Assembly: GCA_018268855.1 (NCBI GenBank)
Contig: JAFDVR010000003.1
Span: forward strand, 509-64,508
Direction: 5' to 3'
DNA: 64,000 nucleotides
DNA from: Acidobacteriota bacterium
GTDB taxonomy: Bacteria > Acidobacteriota > Terriglobia > Terriglobales > Acidobacteriaceae
In this document: piece after piece, positions 24,912 to 33,949 of the stretch
Position numbering within the stretch: the first letter of the stretch is position 1
How the letters are laid out: every line of letters begins with the position of its first letter
Position numbers and translations under genes: made by a program
The notes under the pieces: model-generated
Told to the model about the DNA's origin: nothing
The model's input: only the letters and a program-made list of their open reading frames with translations
The model's database searches: none

Positions 24912-25865
24912 CTAAGACCGCCGGACGCAGCGGAAGCCTATGTTGCTGGTGGAGCTGTCCGGGGTGTTCTGTGTGCGGGCGGCTACGCGGTAGCGGTTGC
25001 AGTAAGAGGCGTGGCAGAGGAAGCTGCCGCCCTTCATCACCTTGTTTGTCCCGTTTTTGGGGCCGCGCGGATTGGTGGTCTCGTGCTTTGGGTGCACGGT
25101 GTGGAACCAGTCAGCCGTCCACTCCCACACGTTGCCGGTGATGGAGTAGAGGCCGTAGCCGTTGGGCGGAAAGGCACGCACCGGGCAGGCGCCTTTGTAT
25201 CCGTCCGCGCCTGAGTCTTCCGTGGGGAACTCGCCCTGCCAGACGTTGCAGAGATGTTTGCCGCCGGGTTCGAGTTCGTCTCCCCACGGATAGATCTTCT
25301 GCTCGAGGCCGCCGCGCGCGGCGTACTCCCACTCGGCTTCGGTGGGGAGCTGCTTGCCGGCCCACGCGGCATAGGCAGCCGCATCGTTGAAGGAGACGTG
25401 GACGACGGGGTGGTCTGGCCGGGTGTCGATGTTTGTGCCCGGGCCTTCGGGGGCGTTCCACTTTGCGCCGAAGACCTTGCACCACCACGGCGCCTGGGCC
25501 ACATTGTCGGCAACGAGCTGTTCGAAGCGGTCTTCGGGGATGTGCGCCCAGAAGACGAACGACCAGTCGAACTTTTCTGCCTCGGTGATGTAGCCGGTGG
25601 CGCGGATGAACTCCGCGAATTGGGTGTTGGTGACGGGTGTGATGTCGATGGAGAAGGGCGAGACCACGACGGGGCGGATGGGGCCTTCGCCGTCTGCCTG
25701 GAAGCCGTGCGGATAGTCGGTCCCCATGAGGAAGCGTCCGCCGGGGAGAGCGATCATGCCGTCGCTGGAGGCTGCCTGTGCGGAGGCGGCAGTTGAGGTT
25801 TCGCCAGCAGTGGACGGGCCGCGATCGACAGCAGGGATGCAGCAGGATTTCTTCTGGTCGTCCAT
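24912..25865 (-). CDS. Formylglycine-generating enzyme (SUMF1/FGE) family protein
   Basis: Tracked ORF runs to 26153 but its first 96 codons are Arg/Pro/His-rich. I chose the ATG at 25865 (MDDQKKSCC...). Motifs PGGRFLMGTD, ...PVTNTQFAEFIRATGY..., RGGSFLCHASYCNRYRVAAR. Confidence 0.8.
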   Translation of the reverse strand: MDDQKKSCCIPAVDRGPSTAGETSTAASAQAASSDGMIALPGGRFLMGTDYPHGFQADGEGPIRPVVVSPFSIDITPVTNTQFAEFIRATGYITEAEKFDWSFVFWAHIPEDRFEQLVADNVAQAPWWCKVFGAKWNAPEGPGTNIDTRPDHPVVHVSFNDAAAYAAWAGKQLPTEAEWEYAARGGLEQKIYPWGDELEPGGKHLCNVWQGEFPTEDSGADGYKGACPVRAFPPNGYGLYSITGNVWEWTADWFHTVHPKHETTNPRGPKNGTNKVMKGGSFLCHASYCNRYRVAARTQNTPDSSTSNIGFRCVRRS

Positions 25866-26443
25866 CTGGTTCTCCGGGCGGTGTTGATGGAAGTTTACAG
25901 GGTGAGGGCGATGCGCAGGGCTGAAGTCCGCTTCTACTCCGTCGTGCGGCGGATTCTTGTCCTGCTTTCCCTCAGCTTTGCAGCGGCGGTGGAAGTGGTG
26001 GAGAAGACGGGTATTCCTCAGAGGCGGTTTGGGAGGTGTTGAAATCCGTCCCGCTGGATGAGTGCGCTGGTATTGGGTGGGGGCGGTGTTTGCACATGAG
26101 CGTGGATGTTTTCTGCGTGTGGATGCGCGGGCGGCTGTGAAGAAGAGGGACAAGGTGGGTGGTTTGAGAGAGTTTCCACCCTGCGATTCGGGCTTTGCTC
26201 GTCCGGGGTGTCGGGATTTCTAAATCGCGGATGGTAGATAACGTTTGTAGATGGAGCGAGTTGAGACGGGTTTCCACTTTTCCCTCCACAACGGCTACGG
26301 CTACTGAGAAGTAAGTGTTCTTTACATACTTTTTCTTAAAAGCAGTACTCGCGGACGACGACACGCTTGGCCTGACGCCTCCGGTGAGCGCGATGAGGAG
26401 TGTTGCAAGAGCCAAGGCAGATTGTGACGAATCCTGGAGAAGA

Positions 26444-26535
26444 AGTAAGACTCTATTGAGATTCTCCCCCTCAGGGGCTAAAGCCCGGATTGTTAGGAGC
26501 GTAAATGGCTGGGCTGAAGCCCAGCCCCTTCAAAG
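26444..26535 (+). repeat. Family-B repeat, long form
   Basis: AGTAAGACTCTATTGAGATTCTCCCCCTCAGGGGCTAAAGCCCGG...GGCTGGGCTGAAGCCCAGCCCCTTCAAAG. Close match to 11799-11892. Confidence 0.85.
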
Positions 26536-26725
26536 TCTCGGTTCTCATCGCTGCTGCGCTTTCCTCGTGGAATGCGCTTTGTTATCCGCATTCGTTCCGT
26601 GTAATTCACATGGTGGAATTCGTGCGGAGTCTCGATAGAATCAAGCCCATACCGCAAAGAGTGGTGCGGGTGTTACGCTTGTGGCCACACCACTGCATTC
26701 GTTTTTCTCTGGGAGGATTCCGCCT

Positions 26726-27913
26726 GTGTCGACCACCATCACTCCGCCATCCAGCACCGCAGCGCCCACCGGCAACCTGGAGATCTCGGTCTCACGCGCG
26801 GAGTTGCTGCGCGAGCTGACCGCGGCGCAGAGCGTGGTCGAGCGCAAGACGACGATTCCTATCCTGTCGAATTTTTTGTTTGAGGCCGACGAAGACCGCC
26901 TCACCATCACGGCCACCGATCTTGACCAGTCGATCCGCACCTCGTGCCCGGCAAAGGTGAAGAAGCCCGGCGCATGCACCATTCCCGCGCGCAAGCTGTA
27001 CGACTACATCAAGCTGCTGCCCGAGGGCGAGATCAGCATCAAGCTGATGGACAACCACTGGGTGCAGATTCGTGCAGGCCGTTCGAACACGAAGATGGTC
27101 GGCATGGCGCGCGCGAACTTTCCGCAGGTGCCGGAGTTTCCGACGGCGGGCGCGGTGAAGCTGTCCGCACCGATTCTGCGCGGCATGATTGCGAAGACGA
27201 TCTTTTCGATCTCCAATGAGGAGTCTCGCTACACGCTGAACGGCGCTCTGCTGGTGCTGAAGGCGGAGAGCATGGCCATGGTGGCCACTGATGGACATCG
27301 CCTGGCGCACATTGAGCGACTGGGCGAGAACCTGTCCGGCATCACCGGCGAAAAGAAGACGCTGATTCCGCGCAAGGCGCTGAGTGAGCTGTCCTCGCTT
27401 CTGGCAAACACCAGCGCGCAGACCGAGGAAGAAGACTACGTCGAGTTTTCGGATGATGAGACGACGCTGTTCTTCCGCATTGGTGGACGCGTGCTGACCA
27501 GCCGCAAACTTACCGGCCAGTTCCCCAACTACGAAGCCGTGCTGCCGCGCGATAACAACAAATTTGTGATCGTGCGCGCGGACGATCTGATGGGCGCTCT
27601 GCAGCGCGTGGCGCAGTTTGCCGATGAGCGCTCCGGCGCGATCAAGCTGCGGCTGGAGCAGAACGAGCTGCGCGTTTCGTCTTCTTCGACAGACGCGGGC
27701 GAATCCGAAGATGTGATTGAAACGCCGTACAACTACGATCCCATCATCGTCGGTTTCAACTCGCAGTACCTCATCGACTTTCTGAAGGCGATTGGGAATT
27801 CGGGCGAGGTACGGTTGGAGTTCAAGGATGCGCAGAGTGCCGGCCAGATGCGTCCTGAGGATGCGAATGAAGACCAGAAGTACCGCTATATCCTGATGCC
27901 GATGAGAATTTGA
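26726..27913 (+). CDS. dnaN: DNA polymerase III beta sliding clamp
   Basis: Tracked ORF is 26681..27913. The GTG at 26726 follows GGGAGG (26711-26716). LEISVSRAELLRELTAAQSVVERKTTIPILSNFLFEA...LTITATDLD plus the C-terminal ...YRYILMPMRI are typical DnaN. A single TTATCCGCA DnaA-box-like site lies at 26582-26590. Confidence 0.92.
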   Translation: MSTTITPPSSTAAPTGNLEISVSRAELLRELTAAQSVVERKTTIPILSNFLFEADEDRLTITATDLDQSIRTSCPAKVKKPGACTIPARKLYDYIKLLPEGEISIKLMDNHWVQIRAGRSNTKMVGMARANFPQVPEFPTAGAVKLSAPILRGMIAKTIFSISNEESRYTLNGALLVLKAESMAMVATDGHRLAHIERLGENLSGITGEKKTLIPRKALSELSSLLANTSAQTEEEDYVEFSDDETTLFFRIGGRVLTSRKLTGQFPNYEAVLPRDNNKFVIVRADDLMGALQRVAQFADERSGAIKLRLEQNELRVSSSSTDAGESEDVIETPYNYDPIIVGFNSQYLIDFLKAIGNSGEVRLEFKDAQSAGQMRPEDANEDQKYRYILMPMRI

Positions 27914-27975
27914 CGACTGCGCGCACGGCGCTCCTGCGCGGAGGGCGGGAGACGCGCTTCGCGCGTGGTCTTCGG
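27914..27975 (+). repeat. Family-A repeat starting directly after the dnaN TGA
   Basis: CGACTGCGCGCACGGCGCTCCTGCGCGGAGGGCGGGAGACGCGCTTCGCGCGTGG... Confidence 0.8.
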
Positions 27976-28032
27976 TGAGTGGCAAGGTGTTGACGCTTCC
28001 AGAGCTTTTCTCATTGGGATGTAGTTGCACAG

Positions 28033-28124
28033 ATAGGGCGCGCCTTCAGCGCTTTTGTTTTCTATGTGCCGTATACCTGGGACTTTGCCCCAGGCTGTTA
28101 TAGGACGGGCCTTTGGCCCTGAAA
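28033..28124 (+). repeat. Family-E repeat
   Basis: TAGGGCGCGCCTTCAGCGC...TACCTGGGACTTTGCCCCAGGCTGTTATAGGACGGGCCTTTGGCCCTGAAAA. Matches 55032-55122. Confidence 0.8.
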
Positions 28125-28249
28125 ATAAGCACTACACCCCGCAAGAGAGATGCTTTAGTAATCGCGATGAAGTTCAAAGAAGGCCCGGTGATTGCCGGGC
28201 TTTTTATGTTGTTATTGTCTTTTGAAATGGAGTGGCGCATTCTTAACGC

Positions 28250-28525
28250 ATGGATACGGCGAGCGAAACCATCACCATACAAATATCGGGCAAGGCGAAG
28301 GACTATGTGGAAGAGCATGTAGCTTCCGGCCGTTTCGCCAGCGCGGAGGAGTATGTTGCCAGCCTCGTGCAGGAAGCGCAGATCTACGAAACCAGTTTGA
28401 AAGAGCGGCTTCTCGGAGCCTTGGAGTCGCCCAGCATCGACGTACCGGAGGAATTAGTTGGGAAACCGGAGATGCTCGACTGGCTGGAAGCTGAGTTGAA
28501 CAAGCGGCAGACTCCTGCAGCATGA
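28250..28525 (+). CDS. parD: Type II antitoxin, ParD-like (ribbon-helix-helix)
   Basis: 91 aa. ...ISGKAKDYVEEHVASGRFASAEEYVASLVQEAQ... is typical of ParD/COG3609 antitoxins. 4-nt overlap with the toxin gene. Confidence 0.7.
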   Translation: MDTASETITIQISGKAKDYVEEHVASGRFASAEEYVASLVQEAQIYETSLKERLLGALESPSIDVPEELVGKPEMLDWLEAELNKRQTPAA

Positions 28526-28827
28526 AACTGCGGTTCACTGAAAAAGCAGTTGCATCTATTCGTCGCAGCAAAGCGCATTATCGGAGGGAAGCTTCTGCTT
28601 CAATAGCGGAGCGATTTAATGCCGACGTGATTGCAACAGCATCGCTGCTTCTGCGTAGTCCGCAGTTAGGACGAGTTCCTGTCTTTGATGATCCAAAATT
28701 GGCCAATCTACGCACATTGCCCTTGGCCGGATTTCCGTATGCCATTTATTACCGTGTAGAAGCGGACGCAATTCTGATTGTGGATGTGATCCACGGTGCA
28801 CGTGATCTGAAGTCTCTATTGCGTTAA
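28522..28827 (+). CDS. parE: Type II toxin, ParE/RelE family
   Basis: 101 aa. MKLRFTEKAV...PQLGRVPVFDDP...RTLPLAGFPYAIYYRVEADAILIVDVIHGARD matches the ParE pattern. Confidence 0.75.
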   Translation: MKLRFTEKAVASIRRSKAHYRREASASIAERFNADVIATASLLLRSPQLGRVPVFDDPKLANLRTLPLAGFPYAIYYRVEADAILIVDVIHGARDLKSLLR

Positions 28828-28992
28828 ATCGTGCCTAAGCAGTTTCCCTCAGGTGTAGTTCTGATGCGGACGAAATACACAGATCCTTCCCCTTCGCTTC
28901 GCTCAAGGGTCAGGATGACGGCAATCGATGAGAATTACCTATTCAAAAAATGCTCTAAAGCAGTTGTTAGCCCCAGAGTTGCTGACCTCTCA

Positions 28993-29196
28993 CTACGCCC
29001 TTGATCCCTGTTCGGTGACTGCGTCGATAGCATGATGCTTGGGTTCGTACGCATCAACAAGCGTTACCAGAGCATCCAGTTCCTCTCCCTCAGGTGTTCC
29101 TGCGGCGGCATCCATCAACTGATCGATGCGGGCCAGAGCTTGTTCATGATCGTGCTCGTTATGAATGGGGTGTACGTGAACACCGTTGCTTTTCAT
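28993..29196 (-). pseudogene. N-terminal fragment of a HigA-like (COG5499-type) antitoxin lacking the HTH domain
   Basis: 67 aa. ...IHNEHDHEQALARIDQLMDAAAGTPEGEELDALVTLVDAYEPKHHAI... resembles the N-terminal half of HigA-type antitoxins, but the ORF stops before any HTH. A short family-C-like repeat (about 28873-28920) lies just downstream. No cognate toxin is adjacent. Confidence 0.45.
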
Positions 29197-29217
29197 ATTC
29201 GACCTTTCAAATTTGGA

Positions 29218-29502
29218 TCAACTCGGGAAATCCATCATCACTTCATCCACATAACACCAGCCCCACGTCTCACCGGGTTCAAGCGAGCGGATGAGCGGAT
29301 GCTTCGTGGCATGGAAGTGTTTGGTGGCGTGCTTGCCGGGTGAACTGTCGCAGCAGCCCACGTGTCCGCAGAGGAGACATTGGCGGAGATGCACCCACCG
29401 GCCGCCTGTTTTGACGCACTCTTCGCAGCCTTGTTCATAGAAAGGTTGCGGATCGGTGAGCCAGGTGTCTTCGAGCGTTTCGAGATGCTTGCAGGATTTC
29501 AT
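29218..29502 (-). CDS. UBP-type zinc-finger protein
   Basis: ATG at 29502 (MKSCKHLE...) preceded by AGGAG. Cys/His-rich CEECVKTGGRWVHLRQCLLCGHVGCCDSSPGKHATKHFHATKHPL. The upstream part of the tracked 186-aa ORF looks non-coding. Confidence 0.7.
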   Translation of the reverse strand: MKSCKHLETLEDTWLTDPQPFYEQGCEECVKTGGRWVHLRQCLLCGHVGCCDSSPGKHATKHFHATKHPLIRSLEPGETWGWCYVDEVMMDFPS

Positions 29503-29554
29503 TGTGGCTGCTCCTGTGGTGTTCCTCAGCATAGACCTTTGCATCCTATGACGC

Positions 29555-30223
29555 ATGAAACTGAAGGCGGTACTCTGCGACATCGATGGCACCCTGATTG
29601 ATTCCAACGTGCAGCATGCTGAGAGCTGGCAACGAACCTTCGCGCACTTTGGCGTTCCGGCCACGTTTGAAGAAGTGTTGCGGCAGATTGGCAAGGGCAG
29701 CGACCACCTGCTTCCTGTCTTTGTGCCGAACAAGCATGAGCGCGAGGCGTTGGAGCCGAAGCTGAAGGACTTTCGCAAAAAACTGTTTCATCGCGAATAC
29801 ATCGATACTATCCAACCGTTTCCTAAATCGCGTGAGCTATTGCAGCGCATGATTACGGAAGGCCTGCGTGTGGCCGTGGCCTCGTCTACCGATAAGGACG
29901 ATCTGCCCAAGCTGAAGCAGATCGCGCGCATCGACGATCTGGTGGAGAAGGAAACCACAGCGGGCGATGCGGCGCACTCCAAGCCCGATCCCGACATCTT
30001 TCAGTCTGCGATAGGCAAGCTGGGACTGCGGCGCGGAGAAGTGATCGCGCTGGGCGATACGCCGTGGGACATTGAGGCCGCAGGCCGCGCCGGGGTGGAC
30101 ACCATCGCCGTCACCTGCGGCGGCTGGTCGCGCGACGATCTGGCCAGCGCCGTGGCCGTGTACGACGATCCGGCGCATCTCCTGCGGGAATTCGATCATT
30201 CGCCTCTGGCGCGGCGGAGTTGA
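29555..30223 (+). CDS. HAD-superfamily hydrolase (phosphatase-like)
   Basis: 222 aa. Motif I LCDIDGTLIDS, motif II VASST, motif IV GDTPWDIEAA. Confidence 0.8.
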   Translation: MKLKAVLCDIDGTLIDSNVQHAESWQRTFAHFGVPATFEEVLRQIGKGSDHLLPVFVPNKHEREALEPKLKDFRKKLFHREYIDTIQPFPKSRELLQRMITEGLRVAVASSTDKDDLPKLKQIARIDDLVEKETTAGDAAHSKPDPDIFQSAIGKLGLRRGEVIALGDTPWDIEAAGRAGVDTIAVTCGGWSRDDLASAVAVYDDPAHLLREFDHSPLARRS

Positions 30224-30258
30224 ATTCTTTCGTGAAGACCATGTGCGGCTGAGGTCAC

Positions 30259-31281
30259 TTACAATCCCGCGCGGTGGGTGTGCTGCTTAATCGCATCCGT
30301 AATCTGCAACGCCAGCGCAAGGGCTTTGCGAGCATCCTGTGCCGTCACACGCGGCGTAGTGCGTGTTTGCACAGCATTTACAAAGGCTTCCAGTTCCAGG
30401 CGCAGCGGCTCTCCCGGCGTCGTTGGCACCTTGCGCAATGACAATCCCTGTGACGGATGTTCCGCTGTTTGCTGCGCGGCAAAGACGGCCTCAAGCTGCT
30501 GCGGCGTGAGCGAGGCGGCGGCGGTGACGTCGATCATCAAGAGGTCCTGCCGCGCAAAGTCGAGCGAAAGATACTGGTGCGGCTGGAAGAAGCGCAGCTT
30601 GCGCACGCGCTCGGTGGAAACGCGCGACGCCGTAAAGTTGGCAACGCAGCCATTCTCAAATTCAAGGCGCACGTTGGCAATGTCCACTTTGCGCGAAAGA
30701 ACGGGCAAGCCCACCGCGCGCACCTCCGCCACAGGCGATTGCACCAGCGAAAGTACCACGTCCAGATCGTGGATCATCAGGTCCAGCACCACGTCCACAT
30801 CGAGCGAGCGCGGCGTAAAGACGCTGAGGCGGTGCGCCTCAAAGAACATCGGCTTGTTCATCAGCGGGACCGCCGCCGTTACCGCCGGGTTGAAGCGTTC
30901 CAGGTGCCCTACCTGCACGATGCGGCTATGCTGCTCCGCAGTGGCAAGGATTGCGTCTGCTTCTTCCAGCGTGGAGGAGATGGGCTTCTCGATCAGAACG
31001 TCGATGCCGTGGCGAAGCAGAGTCTGCGCAATCGCTGCATGCTGCACCGTCGGCACGCAAACACTCGCGGCCTCAATATTCAGTCCTGCGGTAAGAAGCT
31101 CTTCCACCGAGGCAAACGCCGGCACCCCGTACTCCGCGGCGAGCGCATGGCGTGCCTGCTCGCTCGTGTCGACGATGGCGACAAGCTGCGCCGCGGGCAG
31201 ATCGCGGTAGACGCGCAGATGATTGCGGCCAAAGGAGCCGCCGCCGACAACCGCAACCCTGGTTGGTGTCTCCGCTGCCAC
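30259..31281 (-). CDS. Gfo/Idh/MocA family NAD(P)-dependent oxidoreductase
   Basis: 340 aa. Rossmann N-terminus RVAVVGGGSFGRNHLRVY...EKP motif (LIEKPIS). GTG start overlaps the upstream stop (TAGTG). Confidence 0.8.
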   Translation of the reverse strand: MAAETPTRVAVVGGGSFGRNHLRVYRDLPAAQLVAIVDTSEQARHALAAEYGVPAFASVEELLTAGLNIEAASVCVPTVQHAAIAQTLLRHGIDVLIEKPISSTLEEADAILATAEQHSRIVQVGHLERFNPAVTAAVPLMNKPMFFEAHRLSVFTPRSLDVDVVLDLMIHDLDVVLSLVQSPVAEVRAVGLPVLSRKVDIANVRLEFENGCVANFTASRVSTERVRKLRFFQPHQYLSLDFARQDLLMIDVTAAASLTPQQLEAVFAAQQTAEHPSQGLSLRKVPTTPGEPLRLELEAFVNAVQTRTTPRVTAQDARKALALALQITDAIKQHTHRAGL

Positions 31282-31475
31282 TACTTGCCTTCGACAGCGT
31301 GTTTGCAGCGGGTGTAGAGATCGAGAAGCTGCGCAACGTGGTCTTCAGGTTTGGTGGAACTGGAAGCGGTAAAGCCCGTGGAGCCTGACGCTTTGGTTAC
31401 ATTGGCCGTGGTGGCGATGAATTTGAGCAGATCGAGCGCAATATCTTCTGTGCGACGCGCGGTGTTGATGTCCAT
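31281..31475 (-). CDS. Small hypothetical protein (64 aa) translationally coupled to the oxidoreductase
   Basis: Its TAG stop shares one nucleotide with the GTG start of the downstream gene. Non-repetitive sequence. No family recognised. Confidence 0.4.
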   Translation of the reverse strand: MDINTARRTEDIALDLLKFIATTANVTKASGSTGFTASSSTKPEDHVAQLLDLYTRCKHAVEGK

Positions 31476-31610
31476 GAGGAGATTAGAGCAGCGACGGGGA
31501 GTGCGAGCAAGTGAGCGCCCTATGCCGCTGCGTGTGTTGGCTTCTAACGGCTGGGATGGAGCCCAGCCGGTAGAAGCAGGTCTATCTGTGCGTGGAAGAT
31601 TTAGAGATGT

Positions 31611-32195
31611 TTATTGCGTGCTGGTTACTTGCCAACCGTTTTGGGTGTTGGTCAGGGTAGCCGTTCCGTTTTTAGGTCCGGCGAGATTTGCTGCCACCGA
31701 GGGGTAGGTGTTCTGCGTTTCCGCGGCCTTTGCCCAGACGGGGACGCCGTCGAGCGTGTATTGATACTGCACGGTGGTGGTGGCGCCTGGCTGGTCCGAT
31801 GCGGGCGTGGCACTCACGACGTTGCTCACCTTGCGATGTCCGTAGCAGAAGTTGCCATAGCCGGGCATGGATGGGTCCGCCGTCCATGCGGAGCGGCCTT
31901 TGTCGCTCACGTCGTAGTTGTTCTGCTGTTTGGAGATGATGATGATCTTCTTTTCGCTGGTGGTGCGTGTGAGCAGGCCCTGGTCCACGAGGGCGTCGTA
32001 TTTGGCTGTGTCGTCGCTGTCGTGGCCGACCTGTACGGGAAACTTTTTGGCTTCGGTCCACAGGCAAGCCGGATGGCCGGCATAGTACTGGTCGATGGCT
32101 GCGCTGTAGTTTGTCTTGTTGTCTGCGGTCTTCTTGCATCCGCCGAGCGCCATCACACCGATCACGCCGAACAGAGCAGCATTGCGAATATTCAT
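31611..32195 (-). CDS. Hypothetical lipoprotein
   Basis: 194 aa. Lipobox VMALGGCKK. Ordinary, non-repetitive composition. Confidence 0.6.
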   Translation of the reverse strand: MNIRNAALFGVIGVMALGGCKKTADNKTNYSAAIDQYYAGHPACLWTEAKKFPVQVGHDSDDTAKYDALVDQGLLTRTTSEKKIIIISKQQNNYDVSDKGRSAWTADPSMPGYGNFCYGHRKVSNVVSATPASDQPGATTTVQYQYTLDGVPVWAKAAETQNTYPSVAANLAGPKNGTATLTNTQNGWQVTSTQ

Positions 32196-32283
32196 GAGCG
32201 TTTCTCCCTTGCGGTTGGATGCAGGAAGAGAGGTGCGCTCATGCCTCGGATGGTTTGCATGGGTGTTGATTCTTAGGTTGCGT

Positions 32284-33303
32284 TTACGCCTGGCTTACGA
32301 TGACGGTTTGCGGCGCTTTCTGGAGGATGTGCTGTTTGGAAGAAGCGTATCCCGCGTTGCGGAACATGGTTTCGAATTCAGCGAAGGTGTAAGCATCGCC
32401 TGCCGCCGTGGTGCCGAGCATGGTCATCGCAAATCCAGCAGCGATGGGCGGCGAAACGCGATCGTCGTTCGGCACGAAGTCGAGCGTGGCGCAGCAGCCC
32501 TGCGGGGTGAGCGAGGCGCGGATTTTGCGCATCAGCTTTTCGCAGGTGGGTTGATCGAAGTGATGGAAGAAGTTTGTGACCAACACCACATCGTACGGGC
32601 CGCCGAACTCCGTTTCGAAGGCATCTCCGGGCAGAAGAGAATGACGTTCTGCAACGCCGAACCGCTTTGCGTTCTCGCTGGCGACGGCAAGCACGTTGGG
32701 CCAATCCAATGCTGTAATCTGCGCCTTTGGGCTACGCTGTGCCATGAGAATGCCAAACATTCCATGTCCGGCAGCGATATCCAGCACGCGCATTTCTCCG
32801 TCGCTTGCGAGCATTGCAGCGATTTCTGCCGCCGCAGGAAATATCAGAGGGACCATCTGCCGGGCGAACTCGACCCAGACAGGATTGTCGTGACTGACGG
32901 TTCCCTCGCCGGGAAGGGTGGTCCTGCCTGTGCGCACCACATCTGCAAGACCGCGAAACGGCGCGGTTACGCGCTCATCCAGAAGGAAACCAGCCACGCT
33001 GCCCATGTATGCCTGGGAGTTGCGGTCGAGGAAGAGAGCGGCGTCGGGCGTGACCGTGTACTCGTTTCCCTGCTTGAGGAGGAAGTTGCAGATCACGAGG
33101 TAGTCGCAAAGAATGCGAACACCGCGCGCGGAGGCAGCGGCCGCCTGGGCGATGGTCTCTGCAGTGCGATTGCCGGCAGCGATGACGGTAAACAGATCCA
33201 GATCGATCGCTGCTTTCAAGGCCGCGGAGCGCTGATAGGCGTTTAGGGTCTCGAAGATAAACGCTGGGTTTGGTTGAGGAGCGGAGATATTCGCGGTAGC
33301 CAT
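32284..33303 (-). CDS. Class I SAM-dependent O-methyltransferase (with N-terminal dimerisation/wHTH-like domain)
   Basis: 339 aa. N-terminus ...ETLNAYQRSAALKAAIDLDLFTVIA.... SAM motif VLDIAAGHGMFG. Confidence 0.75.
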   Translation of the reverse strand: MATANISAPQPNPAFIFETLNAYQRSAALKAAIDLDLFTVIAAGNRTAETIAQAAAASARGVRILCDYLVICNFLLKQGNEYTVTPDAALFLDRNSQAYMGSVAGFLLDERVTAPFRGLADVVRTGRTTLPGEGTVSHDNPVWVEFARQMVPLIFPAAAEIAAMLASDGEMRVLDIAAGHGMFGILMAQRSPKAQITALDWPNVLAVASENAKRFGVAERHSLLPGDAFETEFGGPYDVVLVTNFFHHFDQPTCEKLMRKIRASLTPQGCCATLDFVPNDDRVSPPIAAGFAMTMLGTTAAGDAYTFAEFETMFRNAGYASSKQHILQKAPQTVIVSQA

Positions 33304-33508
33304 AGGCCCGCCATTCTACACACCGCGGAATCTTCTGCTCCGAATAAATTTTCCGGTGGGAGTGTCGGAGGCGTTGTCAAGAGGGGAGGAGGTGGAAGGT
33401 GTTTGTAAGTTGCTGAGTTTGCGGTGAGTTAGGCGGATGAGAAATTTGCCGGATTGGTGTGTGCGGGTTGGTATTCTAGAAAGGTAGAGAAAAAGAGAAG
33501 AGCGGAGC

Positions 33509-33537
33509 GGGACGCGTGAGCGTCCCTTTTGATTTTT
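33509..33537 (+). terminator. Intrinsic-terminator-like hairpin with no plus-strand gene upstream
   Basis: GGGACGC-GTGA-GCGTCCC followed by TTTTGATTTTT. Located 17 bp before the first ORF of the phage-derived cluster. Confidence 0.5.
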
Positions 33538-33553
33538 AAAGCGTGCGTGTGGG

Positions 33554-33949
33554 GTGTGTGTTGTGGGTAGAAGGCCATTGGTGAGTAAGGTGGCGGCGGT
33601 GGAGAAGAACGAGGTTGTGAAGCGGCAGGCGGTGCAGGAGCAGGTGGGGAGCGAGCCGGCGGCGGCGGGGGCCAGAAAGCGGCGGAAGTTGCAGCGCGGC
33701 AGTTGCAAGGAGTTTTTGCAGAAGGAGGTTTCTTCGATTCTGGAAGAGGCTGTGGACAAGTTGAAAGAAAAGATCCTGGCGGGAGATGCAGGGGCGCTGA
33801 AGACGTTGTGGCAGATGAGCGGTCTGGAGAAAGAGCCATCCATCACGCGCAGGAGCAGGAGCAACACGGCGCGGCAGATTTTGAAGGAGCTGGATGAGCA
33901 TGCGGTGGAAGACGAGCCGGGCGAGATGGACGAGAGGCAAGAGGGATGA
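33554..33949 (+). CDS. Hypothetical protein, first gene of the phage-derived cluster
   Basis: 131-aa ORF (GTG start, uncertain). Charged and helical (...KEFLQKEVSSILEEAVDKLKEKILAGDAGALKTLWQMSGLEKE...). 4-nt overlap with the next gene. A small-terminase-like role is only a guess. Confidence 0.35.
   Translation: MCVVGRRPLVSKVAAVEKNEVVKRQAVQEQVGSEPAAAGARKRRKLQRGSCKEFLQKEVSSILEEAVDKLKEKILAGDAGALKTLWQMSGLEKEPSITRRSRSNTARQILKELDEHAVEDEPGEMDERQEG

Noticed and set aside
26582-26590. TTATCCGCA, the best DnaA-box match in the window, upstream of dnaN as evidence for oriC there.
   Set aside because: It is a single site embedded between repeat elements. It is more likely a regulatory box for dnaN or a chance match. 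It is recorded under the origin finding rather than called as oriC.
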